This document shows, piece by piece, positions 63,344 through 64,000 of a DNA stretch of 64,000 bases. The stretch is from positions 2,592,001 through 2,656,000 of the forward strand of contig CAWHIJ010000003.1 of the NCBI GenBank assembly GCA_963829525.1, in the 5' to 3' direction. Source of the DNA: an uncultured Actinomycetota bacterium (GTDB lineage Bacteria; Actinomycetota; Actinomycetes; JAHEKZ01). A model generated the notes under the pieces. That model made no database searches. It saw only the letters and a program-made list of their open reading frames with translations, and was not told where the DNA came from. The first letter of the stretch is position 1. Each line of letters begins with the position of its first letter. The position numbers and the translations under genes are program-made.

Positions 63344-63525
63344 CGCTCCACCCTCTCAGGTGCATCGATCAGGGCGAGGGTCGACAGGCGACCAAGGTAG
63401 AAACGCCGGTAGCATCGGGAGGGCGAGTTCCGGGCTCATCCTGCGGAGCTCGCACCTGGCCGTGACCGGTCGCACCGCTGCCCAGGCGGACGGGCGACCC
63501 AAGGACTCGACAACGGAGGCGTCAG

Positions 63526-63918
63526 GTGCCCACCGCACCAGCTGGCACCCTGTACCGCGGCCGCGAAGGCATGTGGTCGTGGGTGGCGCATCGGATCACC
63601 GGGGCGCTCACCTTCTTCTTTCTGTTCGCCCACGTGCTGGACACGGCTCTGGTGCGCGTCTCTCCCGAGGCATACGACACCGTCATTGCTACCTACAAGA
63701 ACCCCGTCGTCAATCTGCTCGAAGTGGGGCTGGTCGGCGCCGTGCTTTTCCACGCGCTGAACGGCCTCCGGGTGATCGCCATCGACTTCTGGAGCAAGGG
63801 CCCGAAGTACCAGCAGGCCATGCTCTGGTCGATCGTGACGGTGTGGATGCTCCTGATGGTTCCTGGCGTCTACTTCATGCTCGAGCACACTGTCAGCTCT
63901 ATCTTCGGGAGCGCCTGA
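63526..63918 (+). CDS. sdhC: Succinate dehydrogenase cytochrome b556 subunit
   Basis: LYRGREGMWSWVAHRITG, HVLDT, HALNGLR. Confidence 0.95.
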   Translation: MPTAPAGTLYRGREGMWSWVAHRITGALTFFFLFAHVLDTALVRVSPEAYDTVIATYKNPVVNLLEVGLVGAVLFHALNGLRVIAIDFWSKGPKYQQAMLWSIVTVWMLLMVPGVYFMLEHTVSSIFGSA

Positions 63919-63919
63919 C

Positions 63920-64000
63920 ATGACACCCATCGAAGCTCCCGATATTCCGGCGCCGCGGTCGCAGAAGACTTTTGGTTCCAGCGGCCGGTCGAACTTCGAG
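63920..64000 (+). CDS. sdhD: Succinate dehydrogenase membrane anchor subunit (3' truncated)
   Basis: ATG right after sdhC; ..APR..RSNFE N-terminus. Confidence 0.75.
   Translation, partial: MTPIEAPDIPAPRSQKTFGSSGRSNFE

Overview
High-GC actinobacterial chromosome segment, densely coding. The backbone gene order resembles conserved Streptomyces/Mycobacterium neighbourhoods: cofD-cofE, AlkA-like glycosylase, NDP-mannose synthase, PG amidase, TIGR03089, LCPs, purKE, GtrA, DraRK-like TCS, birA, pccB-pccE-maf-accA, lpdA-GGCT, mutase, mprAB-pepD, sdhCD. No rRNA, tRNA or CRISPR array was seen. The most notable signal is a recurring sigma-28 (WhiG/FliA)-like promoter motif, (C/T)TC(A/C)..N15-17..(G/C)CCGA. 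It lies upstream of three tandem GAF-GGDEF-GAF-like diguanylate cyclase paralogs, two peptidoglycan hydrolases that share a triple C-terminal beta-repeat module, and a small Trp-rich orphan gene, suggesting an undescribed c-di-GMP/cell-wall developmental regulon. Other points: an NrtR/nadABC cassette coupled to purKE, two DUF222-HNH genes with PafBC-type promoters, several short tandem repeats, and four single-base frameshifts that may be assembly errors. All calls come from motif recognition by eye; no searches were run.
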